DNA of 64,000 nt from Nitrospinales bacterium (GCA_965223345.1 CBDCWG010000012.1:1184001-1248000), one strand, 5' to 3'. Shown: positions 10,627 to 20,533, counted from the first letter of the stretch. Notes: generated by a model from the letters alone, not told the origin. Made by a program: numbers and translations.

Positions 10627-10636
10627 AGGGGCTTTT

Positions 10637-10867
10637 TCACAACGTGGAATGGGTCCCGTCGCAGAAAGGCGGGTTGCCGGTGTGGCCGCAGTCGCAGATC
10701 GCCACCCGTTTCGCTTCGGTGATTTCGCATTGATGCGGGGATTTGCCGGTGTTTTTCTTGTCGTGCGAACCGTCGCAATACGGTTTGTTCTGGGATTCGC
10801 CGCAGGCGCAATAGAATTTGGTTCCGGGCGTTTCCTCGACGATATGCGGTGCATTTTCGTAGGGCAT
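10637..10867 (-). CDS. CDGSH iron-sulfur ([2Fe-2S], NEET-type) protein with two CDGSH motifs
   Basis: CACGESQNKPYCDGSH and CDCGHTGNPPFCDGTH. RBS ggag lies upstream. Confidence 0.92.
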   Translation of the reverse strand: MPYENAPHIVEETPGTKFYCACGESQNKPYCDGSHDKKNTGKSPHQCEITEAKRVAICDCGHTGNPPFCDGTHSTL

Positions 10868-11035
10868 GACATCTCCTTAGGGTGCGGGTTTAGGATTCAG
10901 AATGTAAAGGTTACCCATGACGCCGTCGTTGTCAATTAAAAACCCGGTCTTTGTAGTCATCACGGATCCGGGATCGATTCGGAGATCCGACGATCCTGGC
11001 AGCGAGCGGCCGGGCTGGGGAAAGGGGAGCGACTC

Positions 11036-12418
11036 ATGAAACTGTTGATCACAGGAGCGACGGGGTTCATCGGCAAGCAACTGCTGCCGCTTTTGCAGGA
11101 ACGCGGCCACACGATGGTCGTGTTGACGCGCGACCCCAAAAAGGCGCGTGTGCGTTTGTCCGCCGCGTGCGAATTGCAAGCCTGGGATCCCGTCGAAGGC
11201 GGTCTCGATGACCGCGTCCTGTCCGGGGTGGAAGGCGTGGTGCATCTGGCCGGTGAGGGCGTCGCGTCGGGGCGCTGGACGGAAAAACGCAAACAGGCCA
11301 TCCGCGAGTCCCGGGTCGCGTCCACCGAAAAATTGATGCAGGCGATCGAGAGGATGGCAACACCGCCTGCGGTATTCGTGTCGGCGTCGGCGGTGGGGAT
11401 CTACGGCGACCGGGGTGAGACGCTGCTGGATGAGACCTCGACCTTTGGAGAAGGGTATCTGTCGGATGTGTGCCGGGACTGGGAGAGCGAGGTCTTCAAG
11501 GAGCGGATCGCCGGGATGCGCCGCGTGGCGTTGCGCATCGGCGTGGTTCTGGGGGCCGGGGGCGGCGCACTGGAAAAGATGCTGCCGCCGTTTCGCATGG
11601 GGCTCGGCGGACCACTGGGCGATGGGGCGCAGTGGATGAGCTGGATTCACGTGCGCGATGTGGCCGGTCTCATCGTGCACGCCCTGGAAACACCCGCGGT
11701 GACGGGGCCGGTCAATGCGGTGGCGCCCGCTCCCGAGACCAACCGCGAGTTCACCCGCACGCTGGCAAAGGTTCTCAAGCGCCCGGCTTTTTTTCCGGTG
11801 CCGAAATTCGTTTTGAAAACCGTGTTCGGGGAAATGTCGCAGATTCTGTTGAACAGCCAGCGGGTTTCGGCGGACAAGGCGAAAGCGTCCGGCTATAAAT
11901 TCGTCTATCCCAAGCTGGAGACGGCGCTCAAGGTGATCTGCGACCGGCCCGGCCGCGATTTCAGGACGGAAATGTGGGTTCCCCAGAATCGAAGCAAGGT
12001 GTTCGAATACTTCTCCAACGCCAAGAACCTGGAGACGCTGACGCCGCCGTTTTTGAATTTCAAAATTCTCAGCGTGAACACGCAAAACATCGGAGAAGGA
12101 ACGCTTCTGGATTACCGTTTGCGTTTGCACGGCATTCCCCTGCGCTGGCAGTCCAAGATCACCGACTGGCAGCCGGAGTTCCGGTTTTCGGATCTGCAGA
12201 CCCGCGGCCCGTATGCCTATTGGCACCACACGCATGAATTTGTCGAGGCGGACGGCGGCACGCTCGTCCGCGACACGGTGCAATACCGGCTGCCGTTCGG
12301 CGTGCCGGGCGATGTGGTGGCGCACGCGTTGGTGCTCAAGGATCTGGAAACGATTTTTTCTTACCGCATGAGCGTCGTCGAAAAACTGTTCGGATCCCAA
12401 TCGGGGGATGGGGCGTGA
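11036..12418 (+). CDS. YfcH/TIGR01777-family NAD(P)-dependent oxidoreductase fused to a C-terminal SRPBCC domain
   Basis: ITGATGFIG, SASAVGIYG and GDGAQWMSWIH. The C-terminus has NLETLTPPFL...QTRGPYAYWHHTHEF. Confidence 0.88.
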   Translation: MKLLITGATGFIGKQLLPLLQERGHTMVVLTRDPKKARVRLSAACELQAWDPVEGGLDDRVLSGVEGVVHLAGEGVASGRWTEKRKQAIRESRVASTEKLMQAIERMATPPAVFVSASAVGIYGDRGETLLDETSTFGEGYLSDVCRDWESEVFKERIAGMRRVALRIGVVLGAGGGALEKMLPPFRMGLGGPLGDGAQWMSWIHVRDVAGLIVHALETPAVTGPVNAVAPAPETNREFTRTLAKVLKRPAFFPVPKFVLKTVFGEMSQILLNSQRVSADKAKASGYKFVYPKLETALKVICDRPGRDFRTEMWVPQNRSKVFEYFSNAKNLETLTPPFLNFKILSVNTQNIGEGTLLDYRLRLHGIPLRWQSKITDWQPEFRFSDLQTRGPYAYWHHTHEFVEADGGTLVRDTVQYRLPFGVPGDVVAHALVLKDLETIFSYRMSVVEKLFGSQSGDGA

Positions 12419-12425
12419 TGGAGAG

Positions 12426-13439
12426 TCAAACCCTCGGCCGGATCCAGCGCCAGCAGACCGCGAGCAGCGGGCTCAGGACGTGATCGAGGATGGGATGGCG
12501 CATCCCGCTGATGGCGAGGTTGCCTTCGTAAAGACGGGCGATCTCCGCGTCGGACACTTTGCGGCTCGCCTGGATCTGTTTGCGTTTTTTTAGAATCCGG
12601 GGCGACAGGGCGGCGAGTTCCAGATAGCTTTTGATCTTCAGAAAAAACCAGCCGTTGCCCAGCGAATGCACCCACTGGGCCAGCTCGACGATCGCCAGAG
12701 ACGGGAAGATCAGAAGCAGGGTTTTCCAGCGCAGGTGCTTGAACAGCAGGTGCAGGCGGTTTTTTTCGGAATAATAAAACTTCCGCACGCCCTTGTTGAA
12801 ACGATAGTGGTGGTAAAAAACCGCATCGGGGTCCACCAGAATCTTCCAGCCCGCCAGCCGCAGCCGCCACGACAGGTCGTGATCTTCGTGGTAGAGAAAC
12901 AAATCCTCATCGAAGCCGCCAACGCTTTCATACACCTCGCGCCGCAACATGAAGATGCCGCCGCAGGCCGTTTCCTCTGGAGCCAGGCCGTCGTCGTCCT
13001 TCTCGTCGAGGCGGTGGGGGCAGGCGATGCCCGTGTAATGGATGCGGACGCCGAAGGAGTTGATGGCATCCGGTTTTTCGCAGTAGAGGATCTTCGGCAC
13101 GGCCGCGCCGGCTTCGGGATGGTCTTCCAGAAACCGCGACAACTCGCCGATGCTCTCGGGCGCAAGGATGAGATCGTTGTTCAGAAAGATGAGGTGATCC
13201 CCCTTTGCCACCGCAAGCCCGCGGTTCACGGCGGCGCCGAATCCCAGGTTGGCGCCGTTTTCCAGCAGCACGACGGAAGGGAACTCGCTCTGGATGTGTT
13301 CGATGGAGCCGTCTGTGGAGCCGTTGTCGCTGACGATGATCTCAAGCTCCGGAACTTCCTGTTTCAGTAACGACCGCACGCAGGCTGCGGTGTCGTCCTT
13401 TCCGTTCCAGTTGACGATGATGGCGGAGATTTTCGGCAT
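12426..13439 (-). CDS. Glycosyltransferase family 2
   Basis: IIVNWNG, DNGSTDGS, NLGFG, FLNND, and GGFDEDLFLYHEDHDL motifs. Confidence 0.92.
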   Translation of the reverse strand: MPKISAIIVNWNGKDDTAACVRSLLKQEVPELEIIVSDNGSTDGSIEHIQSEFPSVVLLENGANLGFGAAVNRGLAVAKGDHLIFLNNDLILAPESIGELSRFLEDHPEAGAAVPKILYCEKPDAINSFGVRIHYTGIACPHRLDEKDDDGLAPEETACGGIFMLRREVYESVGGFDEDLFLYHEDHDLSWRLRLAGWKILVDPDAVFYHHYRFNKGVRKFYYSEKNRLHLLFKHLRWKTLLLIFPSLAIVELAQWVHSLGNGWFFLKIKSYLELAALSPRILKKRKQIQASRKVSDAEIARLYEGNLAISGMRHPILDHVLSPLLAVCWRWIRPRV

Positions 13440-13455
13440 GGTCGGGTGGGGCGCT

Positions 13456-14532
13456 TCAAGCGTTCGTTCGTTTTTCTTCGAACCAGTCGAGCATTTGCCT
13501 GCAGTTGCTTTCCCAGTCAAACGTCTCTATTTTTTTGCGGCCGTTTTCGGAAAGTTCTTTAAGCAGGCCTGTGTTTTCCAGCAGCCGGGCGAGATTGGCG
13601 GCGAGCGCATCGGGGTCTTTCGGCGGGGAAACCAGCGCGGTTTCGCCGTGCAGCGAGTAATCCCGGCTGCCGCCGGTGTCGGTGGTCACCAGCGCGCATC
13701 CGCAGGCCATCGCCTCCATGGGCGGCATGCCGAGCCCTTCGTACCAGCTGGGACACAAATAAATGTCTGCGGAGTTATAAATTCCGCGCAGGCGTTCGCG
13801 TGTGGGGCGGTAATGGTATTCGAAATCGAACCCGGCGTCCTGTTTCAACCGGTCGGGGTTTTCGATTTTTTCCCCGAACACCACGAGCTGGCAGTCCTTG
13901 TTTTGCGATTGCAGCTTGCGGATCGCCGCGATGCCGTCTTCATAGCCTTTCCAGTCGTAATCGTGATGCAGCAGCGCGATGCGGCGCGGGGTGCCGGGTT
14001 CCCGCGCTTGCAAGAAAAACTCGTTGCGATCGACAGGGGTCACAAACACCCGGGCGGATTGGCCGTAGGTTTCCTGCAAAACGCTCTTGAGCCAGGTGGA
14101 GATCACGATCTTTTCGAACGGCAGCCGGTAGCTGTTTTCGGCGTCGTTTTTTTTGCGCGTCCACAGGCTTTCGTGGTGCTGGATGAAATAAAACTTTTTC
14201 CCGGCTTCCTCGGGCAGGGTGGCGGCGAAAACCGCGGTCTGCCAGGCGGTGGCGATCAGGATGTCGGCCGGCGGGAAAAAACGGGCGTCGTTGAACGGGA
14301 GGTGGTCGATGGCAATGCGGTTGTCGAACCAGTCCACCGTTTCCGGCTCCAGGGTTTTGAGCGATGCTTGCCGCTGCCGCCAAATTTTATCCACGCGCCA
14401 CCATTTCGGCGCTGCGGCGGGCACGACCAGACGCACGCTATGGCCCAGAGCCTGAAAGCGGTTGGCGTATTCCAGCAGCGCTTTGACACCGCCGCTCAAG
14501 CGCACGTGCGGCAGCAGGAGAGTGATCTTCAT
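13456..14532 (-). CDS. Glycosyltransferase family 4 (WsaF-like N-terminus)
   Basis: SGGVK, ATAWQT, and YEGLGMPPMEAMACG motifs. Confidence 0.88.
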   Translation of the reverse strand: MKITLLLPHVRLSGGVKALLEYANRFQALGHSVRLVVPAAAPKWWRVDKIWRQRQASLKTLEPETVDWFDNRIAIDHLPFNDARFFPPADILIATAWQTAVFAATLPEEAGKKFYFIQHHESLWTRKKNDAENSYRLPFEKIVISTWLKSVLQETYGQSARVFVTPVDRNEFFLQAREPGTPRRIALLHHDYDWKGYEDGIAAIRKLQSQNKDCQLVVFGEKIENPDRLKQDAGFDFEYHYRPTRERLRGIYNSADIYLCPSWYEGLGMPPMEAMACGCALVTTDTGGSRDYSLHGETALVSPPKDPDALAANLARLLENTGLLKELSENGRKKIETFDWESNCRQMLDWFEEKRTNA

Positions 14533-14610
14533 CTCAACGAGCCAGGCGGTTTGTTCGCGGCGCGATGTGTGTGACGGGGATGTCGGCCGGCTGGTTCAGG
14601 CGGGAAGGGA

Positions 14611-15015
14611 TCATTCCAGAATTTTCTGGTAGTACGTGTCGGGGTCCTGCGGGTCGAACGTTTCATCGGTGTAGACGATCAGGACCATTTCCCGCTCGCC
14701 GTTGTTTTTGATGGCGTGCACGATTCCCGGCGTGATCTTGACGGTCTTCAGCGCGTTTTCTCCCATCAGGATCTCCTGTTCCTCTCCGGTGGCCAGATCC
14801 TTCAGCAGCAGGAGCCCGCTGCCTGTGGGGACGGAAAACCATTCGGTCTTGCGTTTGTGGTAATGGTTGCCGCGCACTTTTCCGGGGTGCGCGACGGACA
14901 CGTGCAGCTGGCCGAACTCCTTGGTCTGCGCCAGGTGGTGCTTGCCCAGCACTTCGAACAGCCAGCCGCGTTCGTCGGATTTTTTGTCCAGGTCCTGAAC
15001 CTGAATGCCCTTCAT
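14611..15015 (-). CDS. Cupin NDP-sugar 3,5-epimerase/isomerase (CapF/WbjC C-terminal-like, WxcM-like)
   Basis: DERGWLFE, PGKVRGNHYHKRKTEWF, PGIVHAIKN, and DPDTY motifs. Confidence 0.85.
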   Translation of the reverse strand: MKGIQVQDLDKKSDERGWLFEVLGKHHLAQTKEFGQLHVSVAHPGKVRGNHYHKRKTEWFSVPTGSGLLLLKDLATGEEQEILMGENALKTVKITPGIVHAIKNNGEREMVLIVYTDETFDPQDPDTYYQKILE

Positions 15016-15881
15016 GAACCGTGCCCTTCCTTGAACCAGCGATAGGTGCTCAGGATGCCGCTCGCAAGCGACGTTTCGGGAGCCCACCGGTAGCGCTCTT
15101 GAAACCTGGAGGAATCGCACCAGTACGACACGCCGCCGTTTTCCTGCGGCCGGTAGGCGGGCTGCACGGGCGCACCGGCTCTCTGTATGGATTCCACCAC
15201 CTCGCGCAGGGTGGTGAGCTTTCCCGAGCCCACATTATACACGTTTTGACCGTCTTCGTCGGGCTGCGGGCGGGTTCGGGCGCGCAGCAGCGCACGGATC
15301 ACATCGTCTATGTATATGAAGTCGCGGCCCTGACGGCCGTCTCCGTCGATCGACAATTCGCGCTCGCCGGCGGCGCGGTCGCAGAACGTGGCGATCACCG
15401 AGTTGTAATCGGGACGGCAGCGCGGCCCGTACACGTTGGCGAGACGCAGGATGGCGTGCTCGAAGCCGGAGATGCGGATGAGGTCCTCGGCGGTCTTCTT
15501 GCTGATGCCGTACACCGTGTCCGGTTCGGCGGGCTGGGTTTCGCTGATCCCTTCCCGCCGGTGCTGCAGGCTGTACACCTGCGTCGAGGAGGCGAACACG
15601 ATCCGCGTGGCGGCGTTTCCGAAGGATTTGAGCGCGATCAAAAGGTGGAGCGTTCCCAGAACATTGCCGTGCAGGATGGCTTCGTCCGAACCGCGGTTCA
15701 CGCCGCCGAGGTGATAGATCAGGTCCTTGTGGCGGACGAATTCCTTGAGTTCCGCGGGCTGCGGCGGGCGGGTGGGGTCGGTTCTCGTGAAGGCGTGGAC
15801 GTCGCATCCGGGCCGGGATTGCAGGGCGCGCATCAGGTGCGAGCCGATGAAGCCGCGGGCTCCGGTTACGCCGACACGCAT
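15012..15881 (-). CDS. NAD-dependent epimerase/reductase (CapF/WbjC N-terminal SDR-like)
   Basis: VTGARGFIG, HLGGVNRG, YGISK, and NVYGPRCRPDYNSVIATFC motifs. Confidence 0.85.
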   Translation of the reverse strand: MRVGVTGARGFIGSHLMRALQSRPGCDVHAFTRTDPTRPPQPAELKEFVRHKDLIYHLGGVNRGSDEAILHGNVLGTLHLLIALKSFGNAATRIVFASSTQVYSLQHRREGISETQPAEPDTVYGISKKTAEDLIRISGFEHAILRLANVYGPRCRPDYNSVIATFCDRAAGERELSIDGDGRQGRDFIYIDDVIRALLRARTRPQPDEDGQNVYNVGSGKLTTLREVVESIQRAGAPVQPAYRPQENGGVSYWCDSSRFQERYRWAPETSLASGILSTYRWFKEGHGS

Positions 15882-16813
15882 AGGTCCCGCAGCTGATCTT
15901 TCAGCCGTTCGATCCCGGAAGGCAGATCGACTTTGGGTTTCCATCCCAACAGGGAGCGGGCTTTGGAATAATCGCAGAGCAGTTTGGGAATTTCCGATTG
16001 CGGGTGGTGGTGCTCGACAAAGCGGATGCGGCCCGGATCGGCGCACACCATGCGGGCGAGATCGATGACGGCGATGTCTTCTCCGGAACCGGCGTTGATC
16101 ACCTCACCGGTGGCGGCTTCGCACATCGAAGCCTTGTAGAGAAAATCCACGCAGTCTTCCACGTACAACAGGTCGCGGGTCTGGGTGCCGTCGCCGTAGA
16201 CGTTGAGGTCTTCGCCGTTCAACGTCTGGCGCACGAAGATGGAGACGACGCCGCCTTCCAGGTTGTATTTCTGGTAGGGGCCGTAGGTGTTGAACGGGCG
16301 GCAGGTGACGACGGGCAGGCCGTAGCTGTGGTGGTAGGACTGGGCCAGCACTTCCGCGGCGAGTTTCGACGCGGCGTAAGGGGAGACCGGTTTCAGCGGA
16401 TGGCATTCGTGGATGGGCTTGTGGCTTTCCGCCATGTCGTACACCATGCAGGTGCCCATGAGCATGACCTTGGTGCCGAGGGTGCGGCATTCTTCGAGGA
16501 TGTTGTAGGTGCCGTGTATGTTGATCGCGAACGCCTTGCTCGGGTTCTCCAGCGATTCGTGCACGTTGATCTGCGCGGCGAGGTGGTAGACGATGTCCGG
16601 CTTGGATTCGAACAGTGCGTGCAGGGCTTTTTCGTTGAGGATGTCGTCGTACACCACCCGCTTCAACAGCGGATGGCCGATGAATTCCTCCAGATTGCTC
16701 TCCATGCCGTTCTCGAGGTTGTCGATCACCGAGACCTCGATGTTTTCTTCGAGCAGTTTTTTCACGAGCCAGCGTCCGATGAAGCCGGCCCCGCCTGTCA
16801 CGAGTGCTTTCAT
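15866..16813 (-). CDS. NDP-sugar 4,6-dehydratase/epimerase (extended SDR)
   Basis: VTGGAGFIG, YAASK, FNTYGP, and GDGTQTRD motifs. Confidence 0.9.
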   Translation of the reverse strand: MKALVTGGAGFIGRWLVKKLLEENIEVSVIDNLENGMESNLEEFIGHPLLKRVVYDDILNEKALHALFESKPDIVYHLAAQINVHESLENPSKAFAINIHGTYNILEECRTLGTKVMLMGTCMVYDMAESHKPIHECHPLKPVSPYAASKLAAEVLAQSYHHSYGLPVVTCRPFNTYGPYQKYNLEGGVVSIFVRQTLNGEDLNVYGDGTQTRDLLYVEDCVDFLYKASMCEAATGEVINAGSGEDIAVIDLARMVCADPGRIRFVEHHHPQSEIPKLLCDYSKARSLLGWKPKVDLPSGIERLKDQLRDLCVSA

Positions 16814-17766
16814 ATGAGTTGCCTGTACCATTGGATGGTCCGTTTCAGCCCGTCTTCCAGCGTGAACCGGGGTTCCCATCCGGTCTTCTCGTGAATCAGG
16901 GAATAGTCCGCTTCCAGGGACATCAGGTCCGCGGAGCGGCCGGGACGGTTGTCGATGCGGGACTTGGAGCCGGTCATGTCCTTGATCAGCTCCGCCAGCG
17001 ATTTGATGGAGGTCTGCTTGTTGGTGCCGATGTTGAACACCTCTCCCGAAAACCGCTTGTCCTTGGTGATGACGAGGGAGTAGGCCCGGACGGCGTCTTT
17101 GATGTACTGGAAATCCCGGGTCTGCTCGCCGCTGTCGTGAATGATGATGGGTTGTTGCTTCAGCGCGTCGAGGATGAATTTGGAGATCACGCCGGCGTGG
17201 TTGGAGATGTCCTGGTTCTCACCGAAGGTGTTGAAGTTGCGGATCACCACCACGGGATATTTGTACCACTCGTGCATGGCCTTGCAGTGTTTTTCGGCGG
17301 CCAGCTTGGTGACGGCGTAGATGCTGCGCGGCAGCATCGGGTGGTTGATGTCCATCGGCGTGTAGATGGGGTTGCCGAACACCTCCGGAGACGAGGCGTA
17401 GACCATCAGTGGCCAGTTTTTGGTGCGCACCAGGGACTGAACGAGGCGGAAGGTGCCCCACTCGTTGTTCTTGAAATATTCGTTCGCCTGTTCCATCGAC
17501 TCGGGGATGGAAATGTGCGCGGCCAGGTGCACCACCGCGTCCAGGTTCATGCGGTCGAGTTCCTCGACGGTCAGGTGGTAGAATTTTTTGCGGATCAACT
17601 GGAATTTTTTATGGAACCCGGAGGATTTGATGAAGGGGTCCTTCTGGAAAAACTTGCGGGAGAAATCGTCCACCCCGATGATGTGTGCCACATCGGGCCG
17701 TTGAGCGAGTTCGTCCACCAGGTGGATGCCGTACAAACCTGCAGCGCCCGTGACCAGGATTCGCAT
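16810..17766 (-). CDS. NAD-dependent epimerase/dehydratase (extended SDR)
   Basis: VTGAAGLYG, HLAA, YAVTK, and GEQTRDF motifs. Confidence 0.9.
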   Translation of the reverse strand: MRILVTGAAGLYGIHLVDELAQRPDVAHIIGVDDFSRKFFQKDPFIKSSGFHKKFQLIRKKFYHLTVEELDRMNLDAVVHLAAHISIPESMEQANEYFKNNEWGTFRLVQSLVRTKNWPLMVYASSPEVFGNPIYTPMDINHPMLPRSIYAVTKLAAEKHCKAMHEWYKYPVVVIRNFNTFGENQDISNHAGVISKFILDALKQQPIIIHDSGEQTRDFQYIKDAVRAYSLVITKDKRFSGEVFNIGTNKQTSIKSLAELIKDMTGSKSRIDNRPGRSADLMSLEADYSLIHEKTGWEPRFTLEDGLKRTIQWYRQLI

Positions 17767-17907
17767 TGTTGCTTCGCCTTTATCGATCGAGTGGAAGAAA
17801 CCTTCTGATGCCGCGGCGGTTTGATAATGCTGCGGGGTTTTGCTACCCTTTGCCGTTCCCTGTCTTTATATTTGACGGCACTCTTCAGCTTGAGCTTGAG
17901 CGTTCTT

Positions 17908-19041
17908 ATGACCCGGACCGGAAATTTTTTTTGTATGTGCCTCGTTTTGTCGGCGGCCGGGCTCTGGCCCGCGAACGTCCCGGCGGAAACCGAAGAGACG
18001 CGGCCGTTTCGGGAGGCGCGCCCCGGATACGTCTATCAGTTTCCCCGCGACCATTTTTCGCACGACGATTTCCGCATCGAATGGTGGTACTACACGGGCA
18101 ATCTGAAAACCAAAACGCAACGGGAGTTCGGATACCAGCTCACGTTTTTCCGGGTCGCCCTGGAAGGCGAGGAAAAAATTCTCAATCCTTCCAAATGGAA
18201 AGTGGATCAGGTGTACTTCGCGCATCTCACGGTTTCCGACATCGCGGGCGAGCGCTTTCATTTTTTCGAGCGCATCAACCGCAAAGGCCTTGGGCATGCG
18301 GGTGCGGCGACCGACCGGTTGCACGTCTGGAACGAGGACTGGGTGCTCACAGAAGAAGGCGGTTCGCACCGCATGCAAGCGCTGGAAAACGGCACCGGGG
18401 TCGATCTTGTGCTCACGCCGCTCAAGGATCCTGTGATCCACGGGGAAGGCGGGATCAGCCGCAAAGGCGACGATGTGGGGAACGCGTCGCATTATTTTTC
18501 CTTCACCCGCATGCGCACAGAAGGGACCGTGCACGTGAACGGGGAGGCGCATGCTGTGGAGGGCATCAGCTGGATGGACCGGGAGTTTTCCAGCAATCCG
18601 ATGCACCCCGATCTGAGAGGCTGGGACTGGTATTCCCTGAAACTGGACAACGGCATGGAACTCATGCTGTACCAGTTGCGCAGGAAAGACGGCAGCGTCG
18701 ATCCTCATTCCAGCGGAACGCTGGTCCTGAAAGACGGAGCGAAACGCCACCTGGAACTCAAGGAATTCGAAGTCGAGGTGCTGGATCACTGGAAAAGCGA
18801 TCACACGCAGATCACTTATCCGGCGGGCTGGCGCATCCGCATTCAAGGCGAAGACGCCGAGCTGCGCCTGCGGCCGGACCTCGCCGATCAGGAGCTTTAC
18901 CAATTGCGTTCGATCTCGGGGGCCTACTGGGAGGGCAGCGTGACGATGGAGGGCACGTTCCGGGGCGAGCCGGTGCGGGGCAAAGGCTACGTCGAACTGG
19001 TGGGCTACGGAGCGGCTCTGGTGCAAGAACTGCCGAAATAA
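17908..19041 (+). CDS. Secreted AttH/CrtC-like (carotenoid 1,2-hydratase / lipocalin-like) protein
   Basis: Signal peptide, then FPRDH...EWWYYTGNL, WMDREFSS, GWDW, and YWEG...GYVELVGY. The start codon is uncertain (17821/17908/17935). Confidence 0.85.
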   Translation: MTRTGNFFCMCLVLSAAGLWPANVPAETEETRPFREARPGYVYQFPRDHFSHDDFRIEWWYYTGNLKTKTQREFGYQLTFFRVALEGEEKILNPSKWKVDQVYFAHLTVSDIAGERFHFFERINRKGLGHAGAATDRLHVWNEDWVLTEEGGSHRMQALENGTGVDLVLTPLKDPVIHGEGGISRKGDDVGNASHYFSFTRMRTEGTVHVNGEAHAVEGISWMDREFSSNPMHPDLRGWDWYSLKLDNGMELMLYQLRRKDGSVDPHSSGTLVLKDGAKRHLELKEFEVEVLDHWKSDHTQITYPAGWRIRIQGEDAELRLRPDLADQELYQLRSISGAYWEGSVTMEGTFRGEPVRGKGYVELVGYGAALVQELPK

Positions 19042-19057
19042 ATGTGACGCGCAATAA

Positions 19058-19852
19058 TTAGCCGGATGCTTGCGGAGGGATCAGAAGGCTCAGGCAGGTG
19101 ATGGCGCCGTCGGCTTTTTCAAACTCGCTCATCTCAAGCTCCACCACATCATAGTTCAACGCTTCGATGCGTTTGGCCAGACGGGAAAAACCGGCCGCCA
19201 TCAGCACCGTCTTTCCCACAGTCAGGCAATTGGCCCCGTAGGCCTCTTCTTCCTGCACCTCGATCCAGTCGAAACTCTCAAGCGGCTGCGTTTCCACTCG
19301 CGACGGCGCCAGCAGCAGCCGATTGCTTCCCAAATAGCTGACCGAGCTTTTCAGGTGCAGTCCCTGGTGCACGCCGACGGTCACCACCGGTTTGCCGGAC
19401 ACCTGTTCGAGCGTGTCCACGCAGTGCACGCCGGTGCGTGACGATTGCCCGACGTACAGCGTGTCTTCCGTGTCCAGCACGTCGCCGCCGTCCAGCGTGG
19501 CGGGAGCCGCAAGATACGTCAGTTTGCGATAGGGCTTGAGAGCCTGGGCCACCGAAGCGGTTTCGTCCTGGCGGCTGGTTTCTTTCAAGGTGCAGATCAA
19601 CGCCCGTTCAGGAAAGATGAGCGCCGTGTCCTCGATGAAGGGCGCGTCTGGGCAGTCTTTAAGCGGCGGCAGCGTTTCGATGTGCGCGCCGGCGGATTGC
19701 AGGGCTTCCACGTAGCGTTCGTGTTGCCGGCGGGCGCGCCGCCAGTCGATGCGGTGTCTGTGCGGATGCTTTGAGAGGGCGCGGACGAACTCGGGACCGG
19801 GGGCTCTCACCAGCGCGGTTATCGGGGGCGTTTCGGGATTCGGCGGGGTCAC
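19058..19852 (-). CDS. Dimethylarginine dimethylaminohydrolase (amidinotransferase superfamily)
   Basis: PDAPFIEDTA, LDGGDV, HLKS, and EFEKADGAITCLS. The Asp/His/Cys catalytic set is present. Confidence 0.88.
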   Translation of the reverse strand: MTPPNPETPPITALVRAPGPEFVRALSKHPHRHRIDWRRARRQHERYVEALQSAGAHIETLPPLKDCPDAPFIEDTALIFPERALICTLKETSRQDETASVAQALKPYRKLTYLAAPATLDGGDVLDTEDTLYVGQSSRTGVHCVDTLEQVSGKPVVTVGVHQGLHLKSSVSYLGSNRLLLAPSRVETQPLESFDWIEVQEEEAYGANCLTVGKTVLMAAGFSRLAKRIEALNYDVVELEMSEFEKADGAITCLSLLIPPQASG

Positions 19853-19882
19853 GTCGGCGTCTCCCGGCGGATGGTGGCGGAG

Positions 19883-20356
19883 TCAGTCGCAGGTGCGGGT
19901 GTTCATCAAGCGCGAGAAATAAAGCATGGGCATGGCTTTTTTGGCGCCGCGGATGATTTTCATCGTCGCTTTGCTGGGTTTGAGGCCGGAGCGGGTGTTT
20001 TCCGGCCGCGCCACGTACACCAGCCCGTTGACCTGGTTGAAATCGTGCCGCGTGAACCGCATGACCTTGCGCTGATACTGCTTCGGCGCTTCGTGGATCT
20101 CGTCCAGCCGCGGCAGGAACGACGCGTCCACTTCGTACATCACGCCGAACATCATGCCCGCGCTGCTGGGCGTCGGTTCGATGTTCGGCATTCCCAGGCC
20201 TTCGGGAGCCCCCTCTTCGGTGGGAATTTTGTTGAAGGCCACTTCCCAGGCCGAGAGCGTCACCGATGACTTGGCGATGTATTCCAGCTTCTGTTGCTTG
20301 AAATACTCCTCGTTCATCAATTCGCCGTACGCAAAAAAATTGATCACATCCGCCAT
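19883..20356 (-). CDS. Gamma-glutamylcyclotransferase (AIG2-like) family protein
   Basis: FFAYGELMN, GVMYEV, LDEIHE, and KPS motifs. Confidence 0.75.
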   Translation of the reverse strand: MADVINFFAYGELMNEEYFKQQKLEYIAKSSVTLSAWEVAFNKIPTEEGAPEGLGMPNIEPTPSSAGMMFGVMYEVDASFLPRLDEIHEAPKQYQRKVMRFTRHDFNQVNGLVYVARPENTRSGLKPSKATMKIIRGAKKAMPMLYFSRLMNTRTCD

Positions 20357-20430
20357 CGAAGTTCCCTCAACGAAAAAAAAGCAAAAAAATGATAAAACCC
20401 TTTTACTAGCAATGAGTTACGGTTAAGGTG

Positions 20431-20459
20431 TTGCCGGTGCAGGGCGATTGTGCTAGTAT
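20431..20459 (+). promoter_or_regulatory. Sigma70-type promoter upstream of trxA
   Basis: TTGCCG-17 bp-TAGTAT, with an extended -10 TG (tgcTAGTAT). Confidence 0.55.
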
Positions 20460-20533
20460 CTACAAAATTATCCGCATCGTACAGTCACTTTTGCCATCTA
20501 ATTCAAGAGTAAACGAGTCTTCTTTTCAAGTGG

